64,000 nucleotides of DNA from positions 3,968,001 through 4,032,000 of the forward strand of contig OY781964.1 of NCBI GenBank assembly GCA_963677485.1, given 5' to 3'. This stretch comes from Armatimonadota bacterium. GTDB lineage: Bacteria > Armatimonadota > HRBIN16. The number at the start of each line of letters is the position of its first letter. Within the stretch, counting starts at the first letter, position 1. Below are positions 40,113-50,141 of the stretch, piece after piece. The notes below the pieces were generated by a model. It saw nothing but the letters and a program-made list of their open reading frames with translations, did not search any database and had not been told where the DNA came from. The translations under genes and the position numbers were made by a program.

Positions 40113-41438
40113 TTACTCTTCGTGGAGCATATGGTAGCCGAGTTCACCGTGCTGGGTGATGTCAAGCCCTTCTCGCTCATCACTGTCATTGACCCGAAGG
40201 CCTGTGGTCAGTTTTAATAGCGAAAGAATGATGGCCGTCACCCCCGCCGCATAGACTATGGTGACCACGACGGCTTGCAGCTGTGATAGCAGCAGCGTAT
40301 TGTTGCCCCCCATGGCCAGACCGAGGTGTACCACGGCAGGATTCACCGCGCTGGTGGCGAAGATACCAGCCATTAACGCGCCGGTGGCTCCGCCCACGCC
40401 ATGGACTCCGAAGGCGTCCAGAGCATCGTCATACCCCAGCTTCACTTTGGCATTGACCGCCAGATAGCACACCACCCCAAGGATGGCACCAATGAGCATG
40501 GCGGCTGTGGGGCTGACATATCCTGAGACGGGTGTGATGCCGGCAAGCCCAGCCACCGCACCTGAGACCGCGCCAAGGGCACTGGGCTTCTGGCGCTGTA
40601 TCCACCCGATGGCGATCCAGCTTATACAGGCGCTGGCAGCGGCGATATGTGTGACCATGAAGGCGTTGCACGCCAGGCCTCCAGAGGTCAGCGCACTGCC
40701 CCCGTTGAAGCCGAACCATCCGAACCACAGCAGCGCTCCACCGGTAAGGCACATAGTGAGGTTGTTGGGGAAGAAGGACTCTTTACCATATCCGCGCCGT
40801 TTGCCCACGATGTAGGCGGCTACGAGCGCAGAGACCCCGCTGGTGACGTGGACGACGATCCCGCCGGCGAAGTCGATGGCTCCTTGTTTCGCCAGCCAGC
40901 CGTCTACATTCCACATCCAGTGGGCGACCGGAGCGTATACCACGGTGTTCCATAGGAAGCAGAACACCAGAAATGCCGAGAATTTCATGCGTTCGGCCAC
41001 TGCACCTGCAATCAAACCGGGTGTGATCACAGCGAACATCATCTGGTAGGCCACGAATATGATCTGCGGCACGGTGCTGGCATAATGGGCACTTGGTGTC
41101 TGCCCGACACCCCGCAGGAAAGCGAATTCCATATTGCCGATATATCCGCCAATGGAGTGCCCGAATACTTCCGAGTATCCGATGGTCACCCACTGGATAG
41201 TGGCGACCGCCAAAGCGGCGAAGCAATACATAAAGATGCTCAGTACATTCTTTCGGCGGACCAGTCCTCCATAGAAGAGAGCTAATCCAGGTGTCATGAG
41301 CATAACGAGAGCGGTAGAAAGCAGCATCCAGGCGGTATCGCCCGAATCAACTTTCAAAGTCTGTGCAGCGTGAGCCGGAGTTGCAGCAATGAGCGATAAT
41401 ATCGCCATTGAAATCGGGATCTTTGTGTTTTTGCGCAC
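40113..41438 (-). CDS. amtB: Ammonium transporter (copy 2)
   Basis: Same Amt motifs; GTG start at 41438 (MRKNT, as in copy 1) after AGAGGA. Confidence 0.97.
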   Translation of the reverse strand: MRKNTKIPISMAILSLIAATPAHAAQTLKVDSGDTAWMLLSTALVMLMTPGLALFYGGLVRRKNVLSIFMYCFAALAVATIQWVTIGYSEVFGHSIGGYIGNMEFAFLRGVGQTPSAHYASTVPQIIFVAYQMMFAVITPGLIAGAVAERMKFSAFLVFCFLWNTVVYAPVAHWMWNVDGWLAKQGAIDFAGGIVVHVTSGVSALVAAYIVGKRRGYGKESFFPNNLTMCLTGGALLWFGWFGFNGGSALTSGGLACNAFMVTHIAAASACISWIAIGWIQRQKPSALGAVSGAVAGLAGITPVSGYVSPTAAMLIGAILGVVCYLAVNAKVKLGYDDALDAFGVHGVGGATGALMAGIFATSAVNPAVVHLGLAMGGNNTLLLSQLQAVVVTIVYAAGVTAIILSLLKLTTGLRVNDSDEREGLDITQHGELGYHMLHEE

Positions 41439-41591
41439 GTGTCTGTCCTCTATACATAGACGGGGACAAGCCAACCGCATCTGTGGGGGTGGTTGCCGAG
41501 ATGGTGCGTTTGGGCGGGGAGACGCTGCCCAAAGGTTGCAGCTTTGCGCGGGGATGAAACTGACGCGTCATAGACGACAGTTTACCAATAA

Positions 41592-41600
41592 ATTATAACA
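41592..41600 (-). promoter_or_regulatory. Extended -10 promoter for amtB copy 2
   Basis: TGTTATAAT on the minus strand, about 154 nt upstream of the start. Confidence 0.55.
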
Positions 41601-41693
41601 TGTCAGGGTTGATGCAGAAGAATCCATTATCATCATGCATGACAGATCGGCCGAATCGGACCGACAGACAGATATGGCCAGTCGAGGAACTGC

Positions 41694-42566
41694 CTACAGG
41701 CTGCGCTGCAGTGTGCGCAGTGGCAGGTAGTTGATCAGCTTGATATTGTTACGACGCATAATATTGCCAATCTCAGGATCGGTGGAGAAAAGCCGGAATT
41801 CGGTGGAACGGTCGCGCCAGCTCCCGGTAATGGCTTGAATCTCGTCAGTGGGCACCGCAGGGTGAATGTAGAGTTCCGTCACGCCTGGTTGAAGGGAATT
41901 CAACATGCGGCGCCAGTAGACCTCAATATTTTCGCCGTTCGCACGCTCACCATGTATGAGGTAGTCAGTAAACACAAGCCCCATGTCAGCCGCCTGTTTC
42001 CGAATATCGTTCATGCCGAATTTGTCAAGCAATGACTGGCTGGGCATTCTCAACGGCACATTCAGCTCTTTGGCTATCTGCATATGAGCTTGCCATAGCG
42101 GCAGACTGTAGCACAGGGCGCCCATATGGCTGTCCACGTGGCTTATATCGATGCCGTTGCTAAGTGCTCTGGCAACCTGCGCTTTTGCTTCGGCCAAAGC
42201 GGCTGTTGTTGTGGCGTTCGCCATGAAGGTCATCACATCACTGAATAGATACCCTTTGGGGTCGATCAGGCTCTTGAACTCATCGCCAACTCCCACTGGT
42301 CCCCACCGGTAACTGCCCCATTCGCTGGTGTGCGTCAGATGAACGCCGAAGGAGGCTTGTGTGGAGCGTCGTGCGAAATCAGCCATCTCGGAGAACCATG
42401 GGCAGGGGGCCATCAGCGTGGTGCTGGTCACACGGCCTTGTTCGATGCACCGCTTGACCGCCACATTCGCAGCGTGACACATTCCTGCGTCATCGGCGTT
42501 GACGATCAGAAGCTTGGTGGCGGGGGCATAACCTAGTTTTACATTCAGTGCGCGTGTGTCTATCAT
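41694..42566 (-). CDS. ChbG/YdjC family carbohydrate deacetylase
   Basis: LIVNADDAGMCHAAN, M.PCPW, GVHLT.TSEW..YRWGP, H.DSHM, TEL..HP. Start ATG 42566; the longer ORF overlaps miaA. Confidence 0.88.
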   Translation of the reverse strand: MIDTRALNVKLGYAPATKLLIVNADDAGMCHAANVAVKRCIEQGRVTSTTLMAPCPWFSEMADFARRSTQASFGVHLTHTSEWGSYRWGPVGVGDEFKSLIDPKGYLFSDVMTFMANATTTAALAEAKAQVARALSNGIDISHVDSHMGALCYSLPLWQAHMQIAKELNVPLRMPSQSLLDKFGMNDIRKQAADMGLVFTDYLIHGERANGENIEVYWRRMLNSLQPGVTELYIHPAVPTDEIQAITGSWRDRSTEFRLFSTDPEIGNIMRRNNIKLINYLPLRTLQRSL

Positions 42567-42672
42567 GTTTAGAATTATAGCATAAACAAGGCATTGAATA
42601 GCACTGTCACGAACGGGTAACATGATATCGTGGCTGAATATATAACTGCAACTCAGATCGTGTGCTTCAAGC

Positions 42673-43617
42673 ATGGGTAAATTGCAGGCTATCGCAGTTG
42701 TGGGACCAACATCATCTGGTAAGACGGCACTGTCTGTGCGGCTGGCTGAGCTGCTGCACGGCGAAGTGTTGTCCGCAGACTGCATGGCAGCTTACAAAGG
42801 TTTTGATATAGGCACGGCGAAGCCTTCACCAGATGAGCTGGCTCGCGCTCAGTTTCATTTGATTGATGTCGTGGAGCCTGAGGAGCCGTTCAATGTGGCT
42901 CTTTTTCAGAAGCTTGCGCGTGAGGCCGTCCGACAGGTTCAGCAGCGGGGGCATCTGCCGATCATTGCCGGTGGTACTGGGTTATACCTGCGTGCATTAT
43001 TGCACGGCTTTTCACTACCGCCCGCAGCTGGCAATGCCGAGATGCGGCAGAAGCTGCTGCAGCGGGCCGCTGATGGTGAGACCGAGCAGATGCATCTGGA
43101 GCTCCAGCAGCTTGATGCTGATGCAGCGGCCAAAATCCATCGGAATGATGTGATCCGTCTCACGAGGGCGCTAGAGGTGATCTTGACCACAGGTCAGCCT
43201 TTTTCGCAGCTTCAAAAGGCGGAGGCGCCAGAGGAGCTGCTCCATGTAGCTGTTTTCGGACTGACCATGCCAAGGGAGCTGCTGGCAGAACGCATTGAAC
43301 TGCGATGCCGCTTGATGCTGGAGGCTGGCTGGTTAGACGAGGTCAGGCGCTTATTGGATGCAGGTGTGCCGGTCAGTTCTCCCGCCATGCGCTCGTTGGG
43401 CTACCGGGAGTTGGCGGCTGTGGTGATGGGGGAGTTGAGCCTGGAAGAGGCAGTGCCGGAGATCACAAAGCAGACACGACAGTATGCGAAGAGACAGATG
43501 ACCTGGTTCCGTAAAGAACCGGGTGTACAGTGGCTAGATGCCACTCAGCCGCTGGAAAACATACTGAACGAAGTGATGACGCATATAGATACTAATGACA
43601 GGGAGACAGCAAGATGA
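42673..43617 (+). CDS. miaA: tRNA dimethylallyltransferase
   Basis: GPT.SGKT, DIGTAKP, GGTGLY, LGY.E, TRQYAKRQMTWFR. Confidence 0.96.
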   Translation: MGKLQAIAVVGPTSSGKTALSVRLAELLHGEVLSADCMAAYKGFDIGTAKPSPDELARAQFHLIDVVEPEEPFNVALFQKLAREAVRQVQQRGHLPIIAGGTGLYLRALLHGFSLPPAAGNAEMRQKLLQRAADGETEQMHLELQQLDADAAAKIHRNDVIRLTRALEVILTTGQPFSQLQKAEAPEELLHVAVFGLTMPRELLAERIELRCRLMLEAGWLDEVRRLLDAGVPVSSPAMRSLGYRELAAVVMGELSLEEAVPEITKQTRQYAKRQMTWFRKEPGVQWLDATQPLENILNEVMTHIDTNDRETAR

Positions 43618-43904
43618 GCCAGAAATCACAGATGAATGTGCAAGACATGTTTCTGAATCAGGCCCGTAAAGACTGTATTCCGGTAACTATTCAGCTACTG
43701 AGCGGAGCCTTATTGAAGGGTGTTATCAAAGGGTTTGACTTTTACTCGATATTACTTCAGACCCAGGGTAAGCCGACAACGCTGGTATATAAACACGCCG
43801 TGGCGATAATCGTACCGTGTCAGGAGCTCATGTTGTTTAACAACACCATGTCCGCCATGGAAAGCAACCCTCTGGAAGCATCCGTTACATCTGAGTGTTC
43901 ATAA
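43614..43904 (+). CDS. hfq: RNA chaperone Hfq
   Basis: N.QD.FLN..RK..IPV.I.L..G..L.G.I.GFD, LVYKHA; overlaps the miaA stop. Confidence 0.93.
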   Translation: MSQKSQMNVQDMFLNQARKDCIPVTIQLLSGALLKGVIKGFDFYSILLQTQGKPTTLVYKHAVAIIVPCQELMLFNNTMSAMESNPLEASVTSECS

Positions 43905-43931
43905 CAACAAAGGAGATTTTCTTTACTCATC

Positions 43932-44771
43932 ATGCAATTTACTAAAATGCACGGCATAGGCAATGACTTTGTCGTGATAGAGTGCCTGAAGCACACATAC
44001 AGCGAAGAGGAACTGCCTCAACTGAGCAGAACTCTTTGCGATCGCCGGTTTGGTGTGGGAGGTGATGGACTAATCCTGGTGCTGCCCAGCAAACAGGGGC
44101 ATGTGATGATGCGTATGTTCAATCCAGACGGCTCCGAGGCGGAGATGTGCGGCAACGGCATCCGCTGCTTCGCAAAATACATCTACGACCGCCAGATCGT
44201 GCCGGAAACCAGCATCAACGTGGAGACAATGGCTGGAATGAAGCCGCTGAAGTTGACGCTCAAGAGCGGCAAAGTCAGTGAAGTATGTGTGGACATGGGC
44301 TGTCCTGAGCTGACGCCTGAGTTGATTCCTGTGAAGACCACCGATGCTGGACCGGTGATTGGCCTGCAGCTAAAGGTGGCGGGGCGTCGTGTTGATGTCA
44401 CATGCGTCAGCATGGGAAATCCTCACGCTGTGGCTTTCGCGGACGATGTGGATTCCGTTCCATTGGAGAAGCTGGGTCCGCTGATCGAAACGCACAAAAT
44501 CTTTCCTAAAAAGACCAATGTACACTTCGTCCAGGTGATCAGCCCCAACGAGATAAAAATGCGAACTTGGGAGCGCGGAGCAGGGATCACCCTGGCTTGC
44601 GGCACGGGGGCTTGCAGTTGCGCAGTGGCGAGTCACCTCAATAAGCTCACAGGACGCAGCGTGCTGATCCATCTACCTGGCGGAGACCTTCAGGTGGAGT
44701 GGACAGGTAATAATCGTGTTCTGATGACTGGTCCTGCAGAGGAAGTATTTACCGGCGAAATGTCGTTATAG
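43932..44771 (+). CDS. dapF: Diaminopimelate epimerase
   Basis: FTKMHG.GNDF, NPDGSEAEMCGNGIRC, SMGNPH, ERGAG.TLACGTG. Confidence 0.97.
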   Translation: MQFTKMHGIGNDFVVIECLKHTYSEEELPQLSRTLCDRRFGVGGDGLILVLPSKQGHVMMRMFNPDGSEAEMCGNGIRCFAKYIYDRQIVPETSINVETMAGMKPLKLTLKSGKVSEVCVDMGCPELTPELIPVKTTDAGPVIGLQLKVAGRRVDVTCVSMGNPHAVAFADDVDSVPLEKLGPLIETHKIFPKKTNVHFVQVISPNEIKMRTWERGAGITLACGTGACSCAVASHLNKLTGRSVLIHLPGGDLQVEWTGNNRVLMTGPAEEVFTGEMSL

Positions 44772-44866
44772 ATATAATATATCTATAACATGACCAAATA
44801 TGGAAATGAAGGCGCACCTTCTGGTGCGCCTCATTCAACTGTATACAACAAGGAGAGAGAGCACCA

Positions 44867-46039
44867 ATGCCCACGAGAGCAGCGAGACTAGACAAAGCAC
44901 CGCCCTATCTATTTGGTGAGATCGCAAAGAAAAAAGCCAAAGCGATAGCTGAGGGTGTAGATTTAATCGACTTTGGCATTGGTGATCCTGACCAGCCGAC
45001 CCCGCAGCCTATTATCGATCAGCTTGCAGTGTTCGCGAATGATCCCGCCACGCACTGTTATGATGAGACACCTCAAGGCGAGCCTGCGTTGATGAATGCC
45101 GTCGCAGAGTGGTATCAGACCAACTACGGTGTGGACATCGATCCCAAGTCTGAAAGCTTGCTGCTGATCGGTAGTAAAGAGGGGCTGGCACACCTGGCTT
45201 GGGCCTACATCGAAGAGGGCGACCTCTCGCTGGTTCCTGACCCGGCCTACACCGTCTATGAGATCAATACTCGTATGGCTGGCGGCGAAGTCTACAAGAT
45301 GCCGCTGCTGAAGGAAAATGGGTTCCTACCTGATCTAGACTCCATTCCGGATCACATCGCTCGGAAAGCTAAACTGCTGTGGTTGAATTACCCCAACAAT
45401 CCCACGGCAGCGGTGGCCACGATCGAGTTCTACGAAAAGGCGGTCGCTTTCGCCAAGAAATATGATCTGCTGATCGTCAATGATGCGGCTTACAGTATGG
45501 TGACATACGGAGACTACAAGCACCCGAGCCTGCTGCAGGTAGAGGGCGGCAAGGATGTCTGTCTGGAGTTCAACTCCTTGTCCAAAATGTTCAACATGAC
45601 AGGATGGCGTGTCGGGTTCGCTGCGGGCAATAAAGAGGCCGTGGCTAACCTGAACAAAATGAAGGGCTTCATCGACAGTAAGCAGTTTGCGGCACTCTCC
45701 CGAACCGCCGCCTACGCGCTGCTTCATGGTGACAACAGCCGAAGTCTGAAGTTGATTTCTAAGCGTTTGGATATTCTGTGCAGCGGACTGCGTGAAATTG
45801 GCTGGGATGTGCCCACACCAAAGGCTACTTTCTATGTATGGGTGCCTACGCCTAACGGCTTAAGCAGCATGGAGTTCGCAGGCGCACTGCTTGAAAAAGC
45901 GGGCATTTTGGCGATTCCTGGTATCGGGTATGGACCACACGGCGATGGCTACTGCCGGTTCAGCGTCACAGTGAATGGTGATGTGGACGGTGAGCGAGTA
46001 GTCGAAGCTGTGCAGAGGATCAAAAAACATTTCGCCTAA
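44867..46039 (+). CDS. dapL: LL-diaminopimelate aminotransferase (class I/II PLP)
   Basis: PPYLF, GIGDPD.PTP, GSKEG, NYPNNPT, D.AY, SLSK..NMTGWR.G; adjacent to dapF. Confidence 0.85.
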   Translation: MPTRAARLDKAPPYLFGEIAKKKAKAIAEGVDLIDFGIGDPDQPTPQPIIDQLAVFANDPATHCYDETPQGEPALMNAVAEWYQTNYGVDIDPKSESLLLIGSKEGLAHLAWAYIEEGDLSLVPDPAYTVYEINTRMAGGEVYKMPLLKENGFLPDLDSIPDHIARKAKLLWLNYPNNPTAAVATIEFYEKAVAFAKKYDLLIVNDAAYSMVTYGDYKHPSLLQVEGGKDVCLEFNSLSKMFNMTGWRVGFAAGNKEAVANLNKMKGFIDSKQFAALSRTAAYALLHGDNSRSLKLISKRLDILCSGLREIGWDVPTPKATFYVWVPTPNGLSSMEFAGALLEKAGILAIPGIGYGPHGDGYCRFSVTVNGDVDGERVVEAVQRIKKHFA

Positions 46040-46138
46040 TGGCGGTTAAGCCGGTATCAGGCACTCTAGCAAGTTGGGGATCAAGGGTGGCGTGTGATCA
46101 CGCCTCCTTGATCCCCTTGTTTTTCAAAAGGAGCATTT

Positions 46139-47443
46139 ATGCAGGAACCTATATCTGGAAAGAACCAAACATCCGAAGTGGAATCCGTCGAGAAGGTGTT
46201 CCTGGTGTTCATCAACGAAGATGAGTCGGATGATAAATACGTAGAAGACGAGTTGGAGTCACTGGTGCAGACCGCTGGCGGAGAGGTGGTCGGGTATGAC
46301 CGACAACGTCGCAAGGGGCATCCTGAGGTCGCGACTTATCTGGGTAAAGGGAAGGTCGAAGAGATCACACCCATGATCCAGGACTGTGCTGCCGACCTCG
46401 TGATTATCGATGGCGAACTCAGCGCCATCCAACAGCGTAACCTGGGAACAGCATGGAAGGTGCGGGTCATCGACCGCACCCAGTTGATCCTGGATATCTT
46501 CTCACAGCGGGCGCATACCCGTGAGGGCAAACTGCAGGTGCAACTGGCCAGGTTAACATACATGATGCCTCGCCTCATGTCGGTCTATACCAAGTTTGAG
46601 CAGCAGCAGGGTGGCATCGGCATCCGTGGTGGTGCTGGTGAAACGAAGCTGGAAGCCGACCGCAGAGTCACGCGGGAACGCATCGCTTTACTCAAAGATG
46701 AGCTGGACGAGGTCAAAAAGCAACGACTGGCACAACGGGTTGAGCGAAGGAAGCTTCCATACCCAGTCGGTTCGCTGGTAGGTTATACCAGTGCCGGTAA
46801 ATCCACGTTGTTGAACACTCTCACTGGGTCGGATGTATTTGCAGATGCGAAATTGTTCGCCACGCTAGATCCCACCATCCGCAAGTTTGACTTCCCTGAC
46901 GGCTTCGGTGTGATGCTGGCGGACACCGTCGGGTTTATCCGCAAACTGCCCCACAGCTTAGTGGCCGCTTTCCGTGCGACGCTGGAAGAGGTGACCGAGG
47001 CGGATTTCTTGCTGCATGTGATTGATGTCAGCCATCCTGAATATGAACTGCAGCGAGACGCTGTTCTTGAGGTGCTTGATGAACTGGGAGTTAAAAACAA
47101 GCCCATCATCAATGTGTATAATAAGTCCGACTTGGTCGTAGACCAGTATGAACTTCGCCATATGGTGGCCAGCGAAGAACGAGCGGTCTATATCAGTGCT
47201 AAGACCGGGGAGGGCTTGCCGGAGTTAGTGGCCACGATGGAACGGCTGACTCGGGAGCTTCTGAACCATGTCGAGCTGATTTTACCGTATGGTGAGAGCG
47301 GTCTGCTAGCGATGGCGTATGATCGCGGCCGCGTCTACAGTGCAGACTATGAAGAAGCCGGGATCGCTGTGGTGGCTGATGTGACTGCCGACCTGGCCGG
47401 ACGGATGCGCCAGGTGGCCGTCCAAGCTGGTGAGCCTGCTTAA
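46139..47443 (+). CDS. hflX: GTPase HflX
   Basis: G.GK.EE, DRTQLILDIF, GETKLE.DRR, VGYT.AGKSTL, LFATLD, DTVGFI. Confidence 0.96.
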   Translation: MQEPISGKNQTSEVESVEKVFLVFINEDESDDKYVEDELESLVQTAGGEVVGYDRQRRKGHPEVATYLGKGKVEEITPMIQDCAADLVIIDGELSAIQQRNLGTAWKVRVIDRTQLILDIFSQRAHTREGKLQVQLARLTYMMPRLMSVYTKFEQQQGGIGIRGGAGETKLEADRRVTRERIALLKDELDEVKKQRLAQRVERRKLPYPVGSLVGYTSAGKSTLLNTLTGSDVFADAKLFATLDPTIRKFDFPDGFGVMLADTVGFIRKLPHSLVAAFRATLEEVTEADFLLHVIDVSHPEYELQRDAVLEVLDELGVKNKPIINVYNKSDLVVDQYELRHMVASEERAVYISAKTGEGLPELVATMERLTRELLNHVELILPYGESGLLAMAYDRGRVYSADYEEAGIAVVADVTADLAGRMRQVAVQAGEPA

Positions 47444-48483
47444 TGCTGCGATGGGAGATGATATCCGAGAACTGGTTATCGTGGTTACGCGATGACTGGC
47501 TGCGGCTGCAAGTGGCCTGCCCGTACGCTTCGGTGTTTCAAACCTACCAGTGGCACAAGTGCTGGTGGGAGCATCTTGGTAACGGCAGCCCTGAGATATG
47601 GGTTGCCTTCGACGGTGATCGGGCGGTGGGCATCGCGCCTTTAGTTCGTCGGGCCGGGCAGCTTTTATGGATGGCCACAGGGCCGAGTGATCGGCCTGGG
47701 GCGGTGGCTGAGGCTGCTTACTGGCCCGAATTCGCCGATGGCCTCCTTGGCAAGCTGCGTGGCAACGTGGATTTACAACAATGCTTGTCTGATCAGCCGG
47801 TGGCTGTGGCGGCGGATCAAGCTGGCTGGCACCATGCACTGCAGGAGGTGTGTCCGTATGTACCGCTGCCTGCAAGCTGGGAGAGCTTTACCCAGCGGCT
47901 GGGCAAAAAGACACGCTTCAACATCGGGTATGCCCAGCGCCAGATGCTGAAGGCTGATCCCCAGATGCAGATGTCCATAGCCGATACTGAGAACCTAGAT
48001 GAGGCGATGAATGCCTTGTTTGAGCTCCATACACAGCGCTGGCGAAAACGCGGTCTTCCTGGTGGATTCTACAACGCGAAGCTGCGCGGGTTTCACATGG
48101 AGTGGGCTCGGACTGCTCTGGCTGAGGGCTGGCTAAGGCTTCATACCTTAAGATTTCAGGGCGACATCAAAGCTGTTCTGTATGTGTTTCACCTCGGTAG
48201 CAGAGCGTATTACTATCTTGGCGGATTTGATCTGGAGCTGAGTAAGTATTCAATGGGCACAGTTTTGACAGGCAAAGCCATCGAGCTGGCCATATCGGAG
48301 GGTCTAGAGGTGTTTGATTTTCTGCGCGGTGGGGAGAGTTATAAATACCGATGGAAGCCGGAAACCGCGCATCATCACCGCATCGCGAACGCAGCTCCCT
48401 TGATGCGTCCACTCCACTTTGCCAGGATCACTGCAGAATGTCGTATCTGGCAGTGGCTGGCCCCAAAACTGCATGGAGGTTAG
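47443..48483 (+). CDS. GNAT family N-acetyltransferase (CelD/BcsL-like)
   Basis: S.FQ...W...W, LP.SWE.F...L..K.R, Y.GGFD....YS.G..L, FDFLRG.E.YK.RW. Confidence 0.85.
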   Translation: MLRWEMISENWLSWLRDDWLRLQVACPYASVFQTYQWHKCWWEHLGNGSPEIWVAFDGDRAVGIAPLVRRAGQLLWMATGPSDRPGAVAEAAYWPEFADGLLGKLRGNVDLQQCLSDQPVAVAADQAGWHHALQEVCPYVPLPASWESFTQRLGKKTRFNIGYAQRQMLKADPQMQMSIADTENLDEAMNALFELHTQRWRKRGLPGGFYNAKLRGFHMEWARTALAEGWLRLHTLRFQGDIKAVLYVFHLGSRAYYYLGGFDLELSKYSMGTVLTGKAIELAISEGLEVFDFLRGGESYKYRWKPETAHHHRIANAAPLMRPLHFARITAECRIWQWLAPKLHGG

Positions 48484-48485
48484 GT

Positions 48486-48761
48486 ATGTACAAATTTATA
48501 GTTCTGGTGATCTCAATCGCGGTTCTTTACTTGTGCTACACAACGAATGTTCAAGTGAAGTCACTCAGCATTGATGTGGCAAAGCTTCAGAGAGAGGTTC
48601 AGACATTGAAGGTGAGAGCGGGCGTTGAGAAGACAGCACCTGCTGCGGGTGGTATCACACTCGATTCCCTCACCAAACAAGGTATAAGTAAGTTGAAGGA
48701 CGCTGAAAAGACCATCAACGGGTTGCGAGACCAGCTTAACCGGTTGACCGGCCATCAGTAA
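48486..48761 (+). CDS. Small membrane-anchored coiled-coil hypothetical protein
   Basis: GGAGG SD, N-terminal TM, heptad pattern. Confidence 0.65.
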   Translation: MYKFIVLVISIAVLYLCYTTNVQVKSLSIDVAKLQREVQTLKVRAGVEKTAPAAGGITLDSLTKQGISKLKDAEKTINGLRDQLNRLTGHQ

Positions 48762-48775
48762 TAAGAGGACATCGC

Positions 48776-49531
48776 ATGAAAACCGTGACTAAAATGATAC
48801 TCACCGCTGTGGTGATAGCGACCGCTTCCGTGGCTATGACGGGATGCAAGAATGTGAACATGTATACCGCTAAAGATGAGGTGCAGATGGGTAAGGAAGC
48901 TGCACAAGCTATTGAAAAGAAAGATGTAAAACTGAGCACCAATAGTGCTGATAACCACCTGATTCAAACCATCGGTAAGCGGCTAGTATCAGCCGTGAGG
49001 TCGGTTGAGGGCAGCAGTGCGGATGTGTATGATTTCACATTCAAAGTGGTCGAAGACAAGGATGTGAATGCATTCAGTCTGCCGGGTGGGCCGGTGTATG
49101 TGAATTCAGGACTGATCCGCCTGGCGGCTGGCGATGCAGATATGATCGCTTCCGTGATGGGTCATGAGATGGCGCATGTTACGAGGCGCCATGCTGCCAA
49201 ACAACTGAGTTCTGGAAAGCTGATGGGTGCTGTGGTTGCCGTTGGCCTAGGGAGCAGCAAGAGCGGAATTGGTGATGTGGCCAGCATTGCCAGTGGGATG
49301 ACTATGCTGAAATACTCTCGTGATGACGAGTACCAGGCCGATGAGTATGGGCTGAAGTATCTGTATAAGGCCGGCTATCGTCCCGAGGCAGCCTTGGATT
49401 TCTTTACTCGCATGGAGAGTGCGCAAGGTAAAGACCACCCAGGTTTCATGGTTAACCTTCGTTCCCACCCCGTGACCGGGGCACGTATCGACAGGCTGCG
49501 AAAGCAGATTGCGCTGCTGCCTGCCCGGTAG
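48776..49531 (+). CDS. M48 family Zn-metallopeptidase lipoprotein
   Basis: Lipobox MTG|C, NAFSLPGG, HEMAH, YSR.DE..AD, SHP...RI. Confidence 0.92.
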   Translation: MKTVTKMILTAVVIATASVAMTGCKNVNMYTAKDEVQMGKEAAQAIEKKDVKLSTNSADNHLIQTIGKRLVSAVRSVEGSSADVYDFTFKVVEDKDVNAFSLPGGPVYVNSGLIRLAAGDADMIASVMGHEMAHVTRRHAAKQLSSGKLMGAVVAVGLGSSKSGIGDVASIASGMTMLKYSRDDEYQADEYGLKYLYKAGYRPEAALDFFTRMESAQGKDHPGFMVNLRSHPVTGARIDRLRKQIALLPAR

Positions 49532-49583
49532 AAAACAGCGTCGGTAAAACCAAACAAACGCCAATCAGGCCTTAAGTATAGAT

Positions 49584-50141
49584 TTACTTAAGGCCTGTGT
49601 GTTCGAGTAATATGTTGATGCCGATTGCGATGAGGATGGTGCCGCCAAGTACACCCACATGCGCTTCTGCAAATCGGCCCAACTTCCTGCCGAATATCAC
49701 GCCCAGCACAGAGATGATGAATGTGATGCAGCCGATCAACACACAGGCGACCAACAGCGGCATCTGCTTGATCATTGTGGGCAGAGCAAACCCGGCAGCC
49801 ATGGCGTCGATGCTTGTCGCGACGCCCAGTGTCAGCAGAGTCTTCAGGGGCATGTTGGCATCAATCTTCTGGTCATCGTCGTGGGAACTGACGCTGTCTT
49901 TGATCATTTTTCCGCCCATGATCGCGAGAAGGATGAATGCGATCCAGTGATCTATCCCGCCGATCACCTTTTGAAACGGCAGAAACACCAATCCACCGAG
50001 TGCAGGCATTGCCGCCTGGAATCCTCCAAAGCAGCCCCCTACGCGAAGCGCGGGCCGAGTGCCAAGGTGAGTGCTGTTAAGACCGCATGAGACGGACACC
50101 GCCAACGCATCCATGCTCAGTGCCACACCCGTCAGTGCCAC
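49584..50141 (-). CDS. mntP: Manganese efflux pump MntP
   Basis: LSMDA.AV, FG.FQA.MP, DHWIAF.LL..G.KMI, ATSIDA, GG.ILI.IG. True start uncertain. Confidence 0.92.
   Translation of the reverse strand: MALTGVALSMDALAVSVSCGLNSTHLGTRPALRVGGCFGGFQAAMPALGGLVFLPFQKVIGGIDHWIAFILLAIMGGKMIKDSVSSHDDDQKIDANMPLKTLLTLGVATSIDAMAAGFALPTMIKQMPLLVACVLIGCITFIISVLGVIFGRKLGRFAEAHVGVLGGTILIAIGINILLEHTGLK

Noticed and set aside
39843-41600. amtB leaders as a glnA (glutamine) riboswitch or ANTAR target
   Set aside because: No CGTT..GGAAGTA..GAAG.AACG core and no pair of A..G hexaloop hairpins.
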